Assembly (NCBI RefSeq): GCF_037042905.1
Contig: NC_087246.1
Coordinates: 9,488,001 to 9,552,000 of the forward strand
DNA length: 64,000 nucleotides
Direction of reading: 5' to 3'
DNA from: Lytechinus pictus
Taxonomy: Eukaryota
The notes under the pieces are model-generated. The model was given only the letters and a program-made list of their open reading frames with translations. It ran no database searches and was not told where the DNA came from. Shown piece after piece: positions 1-13,698 of the stretch. A program made the translations under genes and the position numbers. Each line of letters starts with the position of its first letter. The first letter of the stretch is position 1.

Positions 1-366
1 TATTGATTGATTGATTTAATCATGGACAAGTCATATCAGCCCCCCAAAGTTTTATTCAGCAAGCCCATGTTACATATATATGTAAAAACAAACTTTATAT
101 TCAAGTCATTTGTAAAATAAAGGTATCACAAACACCCTATTTGATCATTAAAGATTACTTAGCCAATGCTCCACACTTACTTTTTATTGGCGGCCCTAAA
201 ACAATAGAAAATATTACAAATTTGGTAGCCCAACTGTGCCACCAAGAGTTGACTTGTACAGAATTTTGGTGGCCCCATTCTAATTTTTGGTTGCCCCAGG
301 CCACCGGGCCACTGCTAATGTCGAGCCCTGCCTTAGCATACAACTACAAAAGCTTGTAATTGTGCA

Positions 367-575
367 GGTTCCATGACATTTGCTCCGGTGCTCTGATGGA
401 AAATCTGCACGTTGAGCCAAACATAAAACCTAACCTCCAAAACTATCAAATAAACCCTAATCGTTATCTTTACATTATTCTGAAATAAAACTCCATTACA
501 ATCCTAACTCTAACCCTATGCCTTCTGAGATATCAAGGCTGGAGCAAATGTTGCAGGAGCAAATGCTGTGTCACC
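367..575. mobile_element. Small TIR element with ACATTTGCTCC subterminal repeats and degenerate AACCCT-rich core
   Basis: GG...CC termini; inverted catttgctcc/ggagcaaatg motifs; imperfect 8-bp TSD attgtgca/attgtaca. Confidence 0.6.
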
Positions 576-1079
576 ATTGTACATGCATGTCTTGAAACGC
601 GAAGAGCTAAAAAATAATGACATTTACTTTTATCCAGGTATGGTAGATGAATTGTTAGAACTGTGCACCATTATTAGTTCATCTTCTAAATATTTAATTT
701 CAGAGTATCTTACTATTTTTCCCTCAATTTTTTTTTTTTTTTGGGGGGGGGGAATAGGTGAGTACAATAAACAAAGTTTATATAGCAAAATATTCAGAAT
801 AATTTCAACATTCACATGTATGAATGTGTTATATTTGCAGTAGGATCTAACTACACATGCAGGTATGATGTTATGAAAAATAATGAATGTAAAGAAGTCT
901 TGACTTACGGCTAAAGTGCATAAAGGGAGAGAGATGTGAGGTCAACATGTTTTGCATTCTATGTATGTAGTTATATGATATCATATTCCACCTTCAATTT
1001 ATCATACCTGAAATACCAAGTGGTGAATTTCACTAGTTGTTGATAGTCTTGGCTCTTAATATATTCCTAGCAGAATTGG

Positions 1080-1222
1080 AAAAGAAAGAAGGGGAAGGGG
1101 AAGTGAGAAAGAGAAAGAAAAACAGAAAGAGAGAGAGAGAGAAAGAGTAAAGAGAAAGGGAAAGAGAAAGAGAAAGGAAGAAAGAAGAGGGAATTAAATA
1201 GAGTTGAGAAGGAAAGGGAAGA
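1080..1222. repeat. GA-rich low-complexity tract (similar at 14983-15110; (CT)n at 18444-18481)
   Basis: Direct inspection. Confidence 0.85.
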
Positions 1223-3518
1223 TAGTTACAGTAAGGTAATGTTCAACACATATAATGAGTAATTGGTCAAGTCCGCCCGATTAAGTGGTTGAGTGGAGAA
1301 AAGTCAAATATAATTTTGAAAATTTGGTCAAAATCAGGTGTAAAATAAATATTTATTAATAAGTTTGAAATGTCTCATTTGACCAGTTTATCAGCATTAT
1401 GTAAGTACAACATTTCAAGATATTCCAGAGAATTGGAAAGTATTTCATAATATAAGCTTATGAAACTCTTGCATCTGATTGGCTAAAAGCACATTTGTAA
1501 ATGAAAATTGATGACAAGATGCTCCATGAAATTTTCTCCATGAGTTATCTCTCGTCAATTGAGGCTACTTAAAATGTATCTTAATAGTCTGTCATTCTTC
1601 AGGAGAAAATATCCATCTCAAACTGTGAAGATAGTGTTGTATGGAGATGAATTATTATATGCAGGCCGTTTGCACACAAGTGTAGAAATTGAAACCACAT
1701 TATCCTCAAATTATGCAATTATTAAAAGTACTTTTGAAAGGTGGGAGTTCGTGCACCGAGACACAGGTCACTTTTTATTATTTGGAATCGACCAAAATAA
1801 TTTGTCCCATAGGTTCAATCGTGATCAGTTTTGGAGGCTGCTTGTACAAATGGGGACATTAAAAATTGTATTAAAGTCTTAAGACGTTAAAAAGGCCCTT
1901 CGAACAAAAATGTTGTAGATTTAGTTCTGTTCATTCTAAAAGCTCAAGACGATGGTCAATTAAATCCATACTTAGGATCGATGCTTTGGTGAAAATATAT
2001 TGTAGTGTTATGTTCAGTCAGTAAGGAATTCAAATGCAATAGCAAGTAAGTTTATCCCAATTCTTCCATTTCTGTTTTTACTTTGAGAAAGTGGAGGTTT
2101 TCGTTGAACTTTTAAAAATCAATTCAACTTTTATGATTATGTGAATACGTCAGTCATAAAGAGTAATATAAGTTCTGAAGTGGAAGAATATGAACACATC
2201 CAAGAAGGAAATCGTGAATTGAGAGTGCATAGATTGCTTGTTATGTGTCTGGTTAAGTGGATATGGGTGCATTCACACTCAATCAGCCACTGCTTTAAGA
2301 GCCACTAGGGATCAACCTTGTGCCCAAAGGGATACAATCCCTTGTAATAACTCCAGAGCCGTATTTTCAAACTTGGTTATCCCAGGATTGGGCATGAATA
2401 GCGCAACCGTATCCCAATCCGGAGGGTGGTCGAAGTGGGATTCAATAAAACAAGCTGCTGTCACAATGCTATGCAGATAATGATGATGATGGTGGTATCC
2501 TTTCTCTTTTCCCTTCTCCTCCTCTTGTAAATGCCTAGTTGACAGCACCACTCGTCCACTCTCCCCTCCAAAGGCTTAAGAGTGGCTCGTTGATACTGAA
2601 CGTGACACGCGGCTGGGCTATTATCCAGAGGGGTTTTGCGAATATTACCTCAGCCTGCGATGTTTCTTTTTGTGCGAGATAATATTGTAAAATGCCACTT
2701 AGATGTCAAAGAAATCAAGGGGAAGAGTTAGGGAAAGGCTGCCGTGTTTGATCGCAACCGTTGATATAAATTCTAGCTGAATGTTTCACCTGGGGTGGTG
2801 CAATAAAGACGGATGCATTCTTTGTCTATCTGTCCGTTTCTGTTACGGTAAATGTGCAAACGGAGAGGCATTAATCCATGTGTGGGCATGGAAATATCTC
2901 AAAGTATTTGTCATGCAATATGAAGTCCTACTCTAGTGGTGTCATACATACCTGTGTCATATATAAAAGGGAGAAAAGAGAGACAAGATTTGTTAGGTTG
3001 CAAATTATCAACAATCTGCTGATGATTTTTCAAATGCCATTAGATGACCATTGTTACTTGTTCCCTCAGTGTAGCTGGATTTGTGTCTTTTGGAAACACT
3101 TTTAAGTGTTCTCTCTGAATCTGTCATGATAACTTAGTGTTATAAGATTTCCATGCTTTATTCTAAATGACACTTATTTTGTAATTGATGACCCACATAC
3201 ATGATCTTTTGAGAAAAAAAAAAAAATTCACTTGAATTAACTATTATCGCTACAATTGAAATTTTCTAGTTTGGTTCAATGAGTAATTGATTTGAAGCAT
3301 TCCCCAGTTTGAAACCAAGGAGTTAGATTTTGGAATAAATTGATCATTAACATTTTTTCACAACATGCTTAAGCCCTAAGGATGTAGATGCATATCCACA
3401 TATGATATTATTCATTTAGTCAGCCTTCGATATATTGGCAGTGGAATTGATAATTTTTGATAATTGTGAATAGTTGACTTGAGGTATTTATGGTCTTTTT
3501 TCAATCTTTATCTTTCAG

Positions 3519-5844
3519 AATCGAAAAATGAGAAAATTGAAGGAGGAACATCCTCATCTTCGTCTCTGGTTGACTCCGGCAGCTTCCTGGATGATTTCAG
3601 GAAATGCATTGAAGGCTTTGACCCAGCTGATGCAGCTGTGCTGAAGATGCAGGCCGCCCAGCAAGCTACCACTGAAGCAACAGATGAACTCCCCAAGGGC
3701 AGTACAAATGGACATAAGGGTACACAATTTGGGCACATGCCCAAGGTCCTGGAATACTTGAAACTGAAAGAGAATGGACTGAAGGAGGATGGGAAGAAAT
3801 TTGTGAGTCGGATGGGCCCGGTGGATGATGATGACGATGATGAAGCAGCAATGTTTAAAGAAGTGACGAGGTATAATATTGTGGATGGTACCATCATGCA
3901 CTGTAGAGAGCTGGAAAGGCAGGCAGGAGAAGGTAGTCAGGATGGTGATGATGATTCTGAAGACAGGCTGTATGATGAAGAGACTGGGTCAATGAGCAGC
4001 CCAAGCCAACCCATGGAAGAAGAGTCAGGAGAGAATTTCTATCCCTGTAAAGTATGCAAGAAGAGGTATATTTCCAAATCAAGTTTACGAAAGCACATAT
4101 GTCGGGCTGGACCCGAAGCAGGAAAAGGTCAGCCAGCTGAAGAAATGAAGACAGATGATGAAGCCATTGTACAGTTACACCATCCTATCCCACTGCAGAT
4201 ACCAATTCCCATTCCAATTGACTTGAGAAGAGATACAGAGAGCAATGACAGTGAGGTCCTGGATATGAGGTACCATATTCCCATGGCACAATCCTTGGGT
4301 AATGGTCACATCATAAGCCCTGTGACAGGAAGCATGTTACCAACAAATGGAGAGTTCTACACACTGACTGGAGAAGCCCTTGTCATCAACGAAAATGGCA
4401 ACTTGGTACCAGAGATCCATGCTTGTCCTATCTGCAACATGACGTTCCAGCATGCAAGCCAACTGATGAGGCATAGAAGAACACACAGCAATGAGCGTCC
4501 TTTTGAGTGTGCAGAATGCCACCAGGCGTTCAGAAGGAAGTGCCACTTGAAGAGACATTGGCAGCGAATCCACAGCGGGGAGAAACCTTTTAAGTGTGGT
4601 ATCTGTGGGAAGGCCTTCAGCGACCGGGACCACCAGAGACAACATGAAACCATCCATGGACCAGAGACCTACCCTTGCCTCAAATGCCGCAGTGTGTTTC
4701 CAACAGAAGCATACCTTGTTGCCCATGTAGCAGAGCATCCTGATTGTAAAGCAGCCTTTGCAAAAGGAGAAGATGGCTCCCCAAAGAGGGTGCGTGGGAA
4801 ACGTAAGGGAACCCCTGGTTCCTACCGGTGTGGCCTATGTGGAGATTTCTTCAAGAAGTTAAGGCAGATCCAGACCCATCAACGTGTGAGACATCATGAT
4901 GTATTTGAAAAAAAGTACAAATGCAATATCTGTGGAAAAGGTTTTGATTTAATATCGGACTTGACACATCACCGCCATACGCATGCCGCCAGAGGGAGTA
5001 AATATGATGTGGACAAAGAATCAGAAAGGCCAACGATGCTTAAGCAGATGCTGACAAATGCTGCAGAAAAGAATTCACAGAATAAACAGGAGCTAATGGG
5101 CATGCTGCAGCTGTTAGAACGACGCATCCAGCAACAGCAGAAGCAAGTCAGGAAGATGGAAGACCAACAGGACCGCATCTCTCAAGAGCTTGTAGACAGT
5201 ACTACCACAGTAGCAACCAACAACAACTCCATGGCCGAATCAATTCTTAATAACAGCAAGTTAAGAACACTGCTGGAGAGGAGACCACTCAGTGAATTAC
5301 CAGTACTTAAGAGAGAATGTGACCTGCAACAGGGTGGCCCAGATCCAAAGATGCTGCGGACCAACAGGATGGTTCTTGATCTCTCAAATCCCAAATCACC
5401 AAAGACTCCTACTTCCTTGTCATCCCAGCCAAGATCATCTAATCCTGGTAAATCTGATGTCACTTTTATTGGGGAACAAGCCCCAGAAGAAGCCAACCTC
5501 CTTCAATCCTCTGCCATCATGGACTTGATGACAGGGAACAGGCACAAGTGTGAAGAGTGTGGGCTATCTTTTCTCCTCTACTCTGACTTCCGAACACACC
5601 GTAAGAGGCATGAGAGGGCACGATTAGCTATGGGTAAAGAAGATGGCGGAGGGGGAACTGCAACTGATATTGTTTGTGGCAATCCAGAAGGAGACCGCTC
5701 TCTCTGTCGGGACTGTTGCAACCAGAATGATTCCTCAGGGACCAAACCAACTATGACGGTGCATCACAAACATGATGAAGATAATGGGAGACACACCAAC
5801 AAGATCGGAAACAAGATATGGAACGGCAAACATAGTTCAACAAG
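3519..5844 (+). CDS. C2H2 zinc-finger transcription factor, large internal exon (5' exons not identified in the window)
   Basis: Lies in ORF 3479-5848. Acceptor tctttcag ends at 3518; donor AAG|gtgaga at 5845. Seven C2H2 fingers (e.g. CPICNMTFQHASQLMRHRRTH, linkers SNERPF and SGEKPF), one C2HC-like finger (CKVC..HIC), acidic N-terminal part and Q-rich coiled coil. Confidence 0.93.
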
Positions 5845-6164
5845 GTGAGATATCTCTACCCTATACTTCTTTTGATATAGTTTGATTAAAAAAAATAACC
5901 ATTAGCCAAATATTGTATTCAAATGACTTATAATATACCATTTGTCAAGTTTCTTGTCTGATCGATTTCCCTACAACATAGTTTGATGAGAATATCTCTA
6001 CTTTTATAGAGCAATGTTTGGCTGTAGTAATCAGTTGGGTAATTATAAAAGAGAAGAAATTTGTAACAAAAGTGTTGATAATTCTTTAACCATATTCAAA
6101 AGAACAGTGCTGCACATGAAACCATGATGTAACTAAATGCTTTGAAATGTAAATTTTGGATTAA

Positions 6165-6435
6165 AGGAAACAAAAATGTAAGGAGAGAATCAATCTTATC
6201 AGAAAGAATAAAATGTGAGGAGCAATCTAAAACTTGTTTCTTCAAAATCGGTTAAAGAATAAGCGAGTTACGGAAGTTTGAAAAGTCTTGTTGTACTTTC
6301 TATGGGGATCCTCAAATTGGCAAATATACTTATTGCTTATGTCATAGACGATTTTTGATGAAACTTGTTTTTAATTGTTCCTCTCATTTTACCCTTTCCA
6401 ATAAGATTGCTTCACTTCTTGGGTTTTAGTTTCCT
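6165..6435. mobile_element. Kolobok-like MITE
   Basis: TTAA|AGGAAAC...GTTTCCT|TTAA with ~85-bp imperfect TIRs. Confidence 0.8.
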
Positions 6436-7964
6436 TTAATGTGTTTCAACTTAATAAGAATGATCAAGAATGGTTTTCTTATAAATGAGTTTTGAAAAGT
6501 TTTGAATGATAAGATTTTGTTGTTGAACTTTTCAATTTTTCTTATTAGATCATAGAAAGGAAAGCTTGGCTCATTTCTGTTTTTGTTGTTGTTGTAATTC
6601 CACCTACATGTACCTTTTATCATTTGTTCAATTTTTGAAATCCTTATTGAACGATATTTAGTTGAATAACATAAAACATGGTCCAATACACAAGGTTGCT
6701 TTTAAAATGCCTTGAAATTCACATTATGGTTTTTAAAATGTTGAAACAATCCAACAAATTGTAGTCAGAGACATCTATTTCTGTGTGAAGTATATGTGCA
6801 GCATTGTATGAAGTTATTACCATTACTATGATGGACTTCAATGAGTTAATAAAAAAACCCAGATCTTTCCTCAGTCACTTTGAGACGTTCATTTTTTTCA
6901 ATTTAAACTCACAGCACTGCTAATCCATATGAACCATTTTTGGTTACTTCAATTATGATATCATGATTATTTCAGGGATTGAATTAAAATACCTTTGTTT
7001 GGTTCAATGTGAGAGGAACCACTCTCTTTCCTCTGCAAATCACACTTTAAAATGAACTCTTATTCAATGTTGTGTTTGATTGAATATCAAGGTCATTGGG
7101 AGGTAATTATGACCCTAACCATCGTCTCTCTCCAGCCCAATAAGATCGTCTTTCTAGTTTGACTCCCTGCTAGTCTTGCGGCAAGATCCATCTCTATGAC
7201 AATCACACCCTTTGAAATGATTCCTTTAAAACCCCTTGATTTTCCAAAGCCAGAATCCCCTTCTACAGCTTTTCTCGGTTGCTGAAAAAGAAACTGAGCC
7301 TTAGATTAGTAAAGGATCCGTTGTTTGTGGGATTCCATGGTGGATTTTGAAGCTCTGCCCGAGACCTAGCACTCTATTCCGTAAGAGATCAGATCATTTT
7401 TCTAGTGAAGATTCAATTTAAGCCATTGTTGTTCTTTTACAGGAAGATTGTTCTACAGTTTTAGCCCATGTAAAGAGAGAGTCTTTGAAAACCATAGAGC
7501 CAAAAATAATCATGAGATCTTTAGACGGCATCAGATAATCTTTCCCTGGAATTTATGATTCCTTTTCTCATTTGATTTTAAATTTCAGTTTATTTTTCTT
7601 ATTTTGTTTCCTCTTTATGTTATGCTCTAACTGCATTTTACCATTAATCATTTAAATTGTTTCTAAACTTATAAAAGTTTCATAGTTAGTTGCATTGTTT
7701 TTTAGATTTCTCAAAGTAAACATGCCATTGAAAAGTTTAAATGGAAGGTTTCTTTGTTTTTTTTTATTTCAAGCTTTAATAGAAAACTTGTATCAAAGAT
7801 AGAAAGGATGTTGTATATCCAAAGCAATGAGCAATCAGAATAGTGAGAAACATTCTGCTTTCTTGTTGTAATGAAATGTCTAGTTTTGAAGAGAAATAGT
7901 TTTTGAATATGGAATTTCTCACTTTTTATAACCCCTGAATGTTACCCAATGTACATTGGGTAAG

Positions 7965-8130
7965 GGGAGATATGCCAATTCTAGTACCCTTTGATGGTTT
8001 TCCACATTGTTCATGTATGGGGGCGGGGGTATATCGATTCTAGTACCGTTTGACGGTTCTCCACAGTGAGTGTGTGTTTGGGGGGGGGGGGAATATATCC
8101 CTTCTACTACCCTTTCATGGTTCCCCCCAT
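7965..8130. repeat. Three degenerate ~60-bp tandem units
   Basis: ttctagtaccctttgatggttttccaca-like motif at ~7979, ~8038 and ~8102. Confidence 0.7.
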
Positions 8131-9559
8131 TTTATGGCACCCCAGTCGATGCTCACCTACATCCGCTCCTAGGCATACTTGATACCAAACTGCAACAATG
8201 ACCAAATCCTGAAATAGGTCAGTTGGCAATTATTTATGCTCATCCGACACGTTTGATAGTCTGCTACGGATTATGTCGTCTCATCAACAGAGAAAACCGA
8301 TCGGGAGCCTTCAATAAAACTGCGATTAAAACAGGGATTTGGGGAAAGCGATCCGGCTCAAAAAGGGATGATTTTACCAGAAGTTGCCACGAAGGGTCAG
8401 GGAGGATTGATTTTCGCACAGACTGGACGGACATGATCGCTAACGGTTATTGACTGGTGCCGGAGAAACTAAGTGAAAATAAGCAGATATGCGACAAGGA
8501 ATGGAATATTGCCGTGACACATCTATCACATTTGTTTTTATGACAACCGAAGACAACTCAAGAGATTATTGAATTAGGAAGACAAGTTTCAATTTGTTTT
8601 TGGCATTCACTGAGGCTCAGGATTTCCACTTCAGGGTAGCTTAGAAACTTTCTCCCAGGTTTTTAGGTGATGAGCCTAATCGGGTCATTTTGGGCACTTA
8701 TTCTATTCTTTTCTTTCATGAGACACGGCTTAGAAATTTACTATCAATTGAACTTATGAAGTAATCATCCTTTGGTAAAGTGTGATTCTCATAGTCTAAA
8801 TTACTATTGATGATCTGAGATAACAACTTTAAATGTCTTTATTTAGTAATGTTTTTATCACTGAGATTTATTCAGGGATCCAATCATTCTTCAAACAGAG
8901 CAATAATGCATTGAATCTGATAGATACTTCCAAAGGAATGTATGAAAAGAGAATATTTGTGCTAAATGATTATTTAGTTTGTATATCGGAAACAATTTAA
9001 AAACAACTCTGTTAGTTTCCAAGAGCTTTTATGCAGATGAATACATGCAACTTTATCTCAGTCTTAAAGAATGTGATGCACAGAAGCAAACTTTCACGTT
9101 TCATTTACTCTCCTCCATTTCCTTGTGTCTGCTATCCGTTATATCATTTTTTATTTCATACTTCCTTCATAAAAAAAACCTTGTTAATATTTCAGTTTCT
9201 GTCCATCCGTGTCCTGCTTATTCAAGCAAATGTCATTTTATCTTGAATCCTATTCCCTCTTAACTTCTTTCCCTTTAATTTACCGCCTGTTCTTCATAAT
9301 TTGTTTCCCTCATCTCTATTAAGATTCTCTTTCTTTATTTCTTCTCCCATTCTCATGATATTCTTATTTATCATTATTTGCCACCCTCTTCCCATCTCTA
9401 TCTCTCACACCAAACCACAACAACATTATAAATGTATCTTTAATTTTCTTGTCCTTTTTTTCATTTTCTCCACCTACAGGGATGTTATATTTTTGTCCAT
9501 CTTTACACTCTAAATTACTTTACCTCCCTATATCTTTGATTGTTTTCCCCCTCTCTTGC

Positions 9560-10855
9560 CCCTACCTGTATCTCCCCCTCTCTTACCCCCTACCTGTATC
9601 CCCCCCTCTCTTACCCCCTACCTGCCTACCTGTATCTCCCCTCTCTTACCCCCTACCTGCCTACCTGTATCTCCCTCTCTCTTACCCCATACCTGCCTAC
9701 CTGTATCTCCCCCTCTCTTACCCCTACCTGTATCTCCCCCTCACTTACCACTACCTGTATCTCCCTCTCTCTTACCCCCTACCTTATCTCCCCCTCGCTT
9801 ACCCCCTACCTGTATCTCCCCCTCTCTTACCCCTACCTGTATCTCCCTCTCTCTTACCCCCTACCTGTATCTCCCCCTCTCTTACCCCCTACCTGCCTAC
9901 CTGTATCTCCCTCTATCTTATTCCTACCTGTATCTCCCCTTCTCTTATCCCCTACCTGTATCTCCCCTTCTCTTATCCCCTACCTGTATCTCCCTCTCTC
10001 TTACCCCCTACCTGCCTACCTGTATCTCCCTTTCTCTTACCTTCTACCTGTCTACCTGTATCTCCCTTTCTCTTACCCCCTACCTGCCTACCTGTATCTC
10101 CCTCTATCTTACCCCCTACCTGTATCTCCCCTTCTCTAACCCCCCTACCTGCCTACCTGTATCTCCCTCTCTCTTACCCCCTACCTGTATCTCCCCCTCT
10201 TACCTCCTACCTGCCTACCTGTATCTCCCTCTCTCTTACCCCCTACCTTATCTCCCCCTCGCTTACCCCCTACATGTATCTCCCCCTCTCTTACCCCTAC
10301 CTGTATCACCCTCTCTCTTACCCCTTACCTGTATCTCCCCCTCTCTTACCCCCTACCTGCCTACCTGTATCTCCCTCTATCTTACCCCTACCTGTATCTC
10401 CCCTTCTGTTATCTCCTACCTGTATCTCCCTCTCTCTTACCCCCTACCTGCCTACCTGTATCTCCCTTTCTCTTACCCCCTATCTGCCTACCTGTATCTC
10501 CCTCTCTCTTACCCCCTACCTGTATCCCCCCTCTCTTACCCCCTACCTGCCTACATGTATCTCCCTCTCTCTTACCCCCTACCTGTATCTCCCCCTCTCT
10601 TCCCCCTACCTGCCTACATGTATCTCCCTCTCTCTTACCCCCTACCTGTACCTCCCCCTCACTTACCCCCTACCTGTATCTCCCCTCTCTTACCCCCTAT
10701 CTGTATCTCCCCCTCTCTTATCCCCTACCTCTATCTCCCTCTCTCTTACCCCCTACCTGTACCTTCCCCTCACTTACCCCCTACCTGTTTCCCCCCTCTC
10801 TTACCCCCTACCTGTATCTCCCCCTCTCTCACCCCCTACCTGTATCCCCCCCCCA
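9560..10855. repeat. Pyrimidine-rich minisatellite, unit ~27-35 bp (CCCCCTACCTG[CCTACCTG]TATCTCCCYCTCTCTTA)
   Basis: Direct inspection; about 40 variant units in intron of the zinc-finger gene. Confidence 0.95.
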
Positions 10856-13622
10856 TCTCCACTTGCACTTGTTTCTACTTACCATTCCACATCCCTCCCT
10901 AATCTATCTCCTTTTCTTTACCCTTCTCCTATTCTCTCAATTTCCCCCTTCCATTCTGTCTCTCTCTCCCCATCTCTCTCTTTTCAGTAGATGATTAATA
11001 CATGCACAGGCATAAACAAGATTTGGTTTAAAACATTAGCTGGAGCCTGGCGAAGGTTTGTGAGAAATCAGATCTGAGGCCGGCCAGATCGGTTTCCTTT
11101 TCCAATATGATGAAAGTTATCATGTTGCAGGCCCAGTCTGTTTTGCTAATATGCAGTTTGAAAGCTTGCATTACAACAGGCAAGAGACAAAACCAGCAGT
11201 ACAGGGCCAGGTGACATACATGTAAAGCATTAGATTCAAATGCTGAATTGATGGGATATAGATCTATCCTATTCAGTTTGTGAAAGTTGTATTCTTCTAT
11301 AAAACATTGCAGGTCTTTTTTTCATACAGTAGCAAGTGACTGGCATATATGTTTATTTCTGAGAAACAATCCTTTCCTGATTCTTTGAGACTGCTACACA
11401 CTTCACGATCCATTTAACAAGCATTTTGTTTTCGATATGAAAAATTCCAAGAAGTAATATTACTTCATTTGGAGCTCAGGATAATGCTTAGAATTCTGAA
11501 ATCAGAATTCTACTTTGCTGCAAGCCTTGTTGTTGGAGTAAAGTCCAAATCAGCTTCAAGTCACATCCGATGATGTCATTACGATTTGAAATCAAATTTG
11601 CTTTTATTCCTAAAGGGATGATTGAAATAGTATTCATACCACTATTAGGAATTTGGATCTTTAAGATTTTATTTCAAGTACTACCGGTATTACAATTTCC
11701 TTAAAAATCAGATTGCAGCGGATTGTGTAGTATACACCAGGCTTTGTAATAGCTTAAGATTCAATACTTTGATGTAGATGTGATTCCACAGATTGAAATT
11801 ATTATTGATCCTTAATATTTTAGCATTATTTATGAATTTACAGTGACTCTTATGAAAATAGTGTTGAGAATTACTATTTGAACACCTCAAAGACCCCTGA
11901 ATATATGCTGGTTGAAAGACCATCCCTGTAATCTTTGATTTAAGATATTCCCCCCATGATTGGAATGCATGCCACTCCTACAGCATTAATAGTATAATGG
12001 CATTCATATTTGTTGAGTGCAGTAGACAGTGGATAGTTCGTCAACAGGTATGCTATTTTTCTTTCCACAAATCCCCTCTCCCCTCTCTCTTCTTCAAGAG
12101 CGATAATGTACCTATTCCCCCTAAATGGGGTTTCAAAATAAATATCATTGCATTTTTAAAGGAAAACTTCAATTTGGAGCTCCATGCTTGGCTTCATTTG
12201 AATGATCCTTCTGCCAAATTGGATTTGATTGAGCAATTTTTTTTTCTTCATTTTTCTCTGTGCACCCCTTCCCACGAGTGCATGCATGCAGCTGTAAGCA
12301 TTGTGTTATAGAATTCCTCTTTCAAAATAACAGACACAAAGTCCAATAAAAAAAATTCCCGTCATTTGGGGGGAAGGTCTTTTTGGTAGGGGACATTTAA
12401 CAATTTATGAATATGGCCTGTTTTCAAAACTTTGATTTAACCTTGTAATTGAAATAAAAAAGACCAAGCTTAGGTTGTAAAACTGGCTTTGCATATGACT
12501 AATTATGAGGACGTCAAACATTTGTTTTTAGTTTATGAAAGAAACTGGCTATTCTTTTAGAATATTTATCTTTGACATTTCTTATATTAGATTCATTAAA
12601 AAAAACTTATTTAAATAACAGCTGAATGATAAAATGTCAAGTATTTTCTTCTGAAGAAAACGATAAGCACATATTTAATTGAACACACCAGTACACAATC
12701 ATGAATATAAGTTCCATTACCATTTGCCTTTTAGCACAATATTTTAGCCATCAATTATTCCGGTCCTTCATTAAAACTGTGTTATTACCAAGGTAGTATT
12801 CATTTATTTATTTTGTTCATTTTTATTTGATAATTAAAGGAGGAGTGTTTTCCTTTTCAGAGATCTGTTTTCGGCATTTCCCCTTTTGTAATCTACGACT
12901 AAGTGCCCCCATTCAACTTATGGAATGTTGAAACGCTTTATCTCATCTCGCCCACTCTTTCCTGTTAAAATCATGTGATCTCACTGTGTATTGTGAAGGA
13001 GGAAGCAGAGGGAAGGGGAGCAGATTGGGGGTCTGTTTACACTGGCTAAACATATTTAGAAGTTATGATTTATATATAAATTGAATTAAGTCCATAGATT
13101 GATACCTGTTATTAAGTGCAGGGAAATGGGATCCGTGTGAAGGGGTGTTTTAAAATATGGCATGAGAAGAATATTACAGTTCTAATTCCAGCCCACCCTA
13201 ATTTTCATACCCTTTGTTTCAGTAGGCAGTGCTCGCTCAAGCATGAATAGTTTTCCAACTTTTTGGTGTCATTTGAAAGTTGACTTCATTGGCTTTCCAT
13301 ATCTATAAGTCTTTTCCCCAAAAGTGCTACATTTTTTATTTGGCAGCCATTTCAAAAGTGTATAGTTTTTTTTGGGACGCACTGTAGTAAACAGATATAA
13401 TCCATTTCAGATGTGACTGATTAATAGATTTTTTGTACACTGTTTATAAAGGAAGGTATGCATTTCTTTCAGCTTCAAGTGACGTTGCTAATATGTAATA
13501 TTAATTTCACTTTTGTCTGTTTTACTTCTATTTTCTTTTATCTTGCTATCTTACTCCCCTTCTATCTGTATATCTGTCTGTCTGTCTCCCTCTCTCTCTC
13601 ACTCTCCCTTTTCTCTCTGCAG

Positions 13623-13698
13623 TAGATATTGTGAAAGGAAATCTGAAGATGGCAAAGATTGTACTCAGTGTTCATTACTCAGGGATCAACTCAGCAAG
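13623..13698 (+). CDS. Zinc-finger gene, penultimate exon ((S)RYCERKSEDGKDCTQCSLLRDQLSK)
   Basis: Long CT tract then CAG/TAG acceptor. Phase 2 matches the 5844 donor; donor AAG|gtgaga at 13699 is phase 0. Confidence 0.8.

Noticed and set aside
420..520. Interstitial telomere (also 62043-62132)
   Set aside because: Only degenerate AACCCT-like units, inside a small TIR element; no perfect array.
8170..8620. CpG-richer intronic island as exon or enhancer (similar at 2540-2830)
   Set aside because: No phase-compatible exon or recognisable motif cluster; cannot be supported without conservation data.
9449..10990. 513-, 448- and 199-aa ORFs in three frames
   Set aside because: Artefact of the stop-poor CT minisatellite; repetitive translation with no domain.
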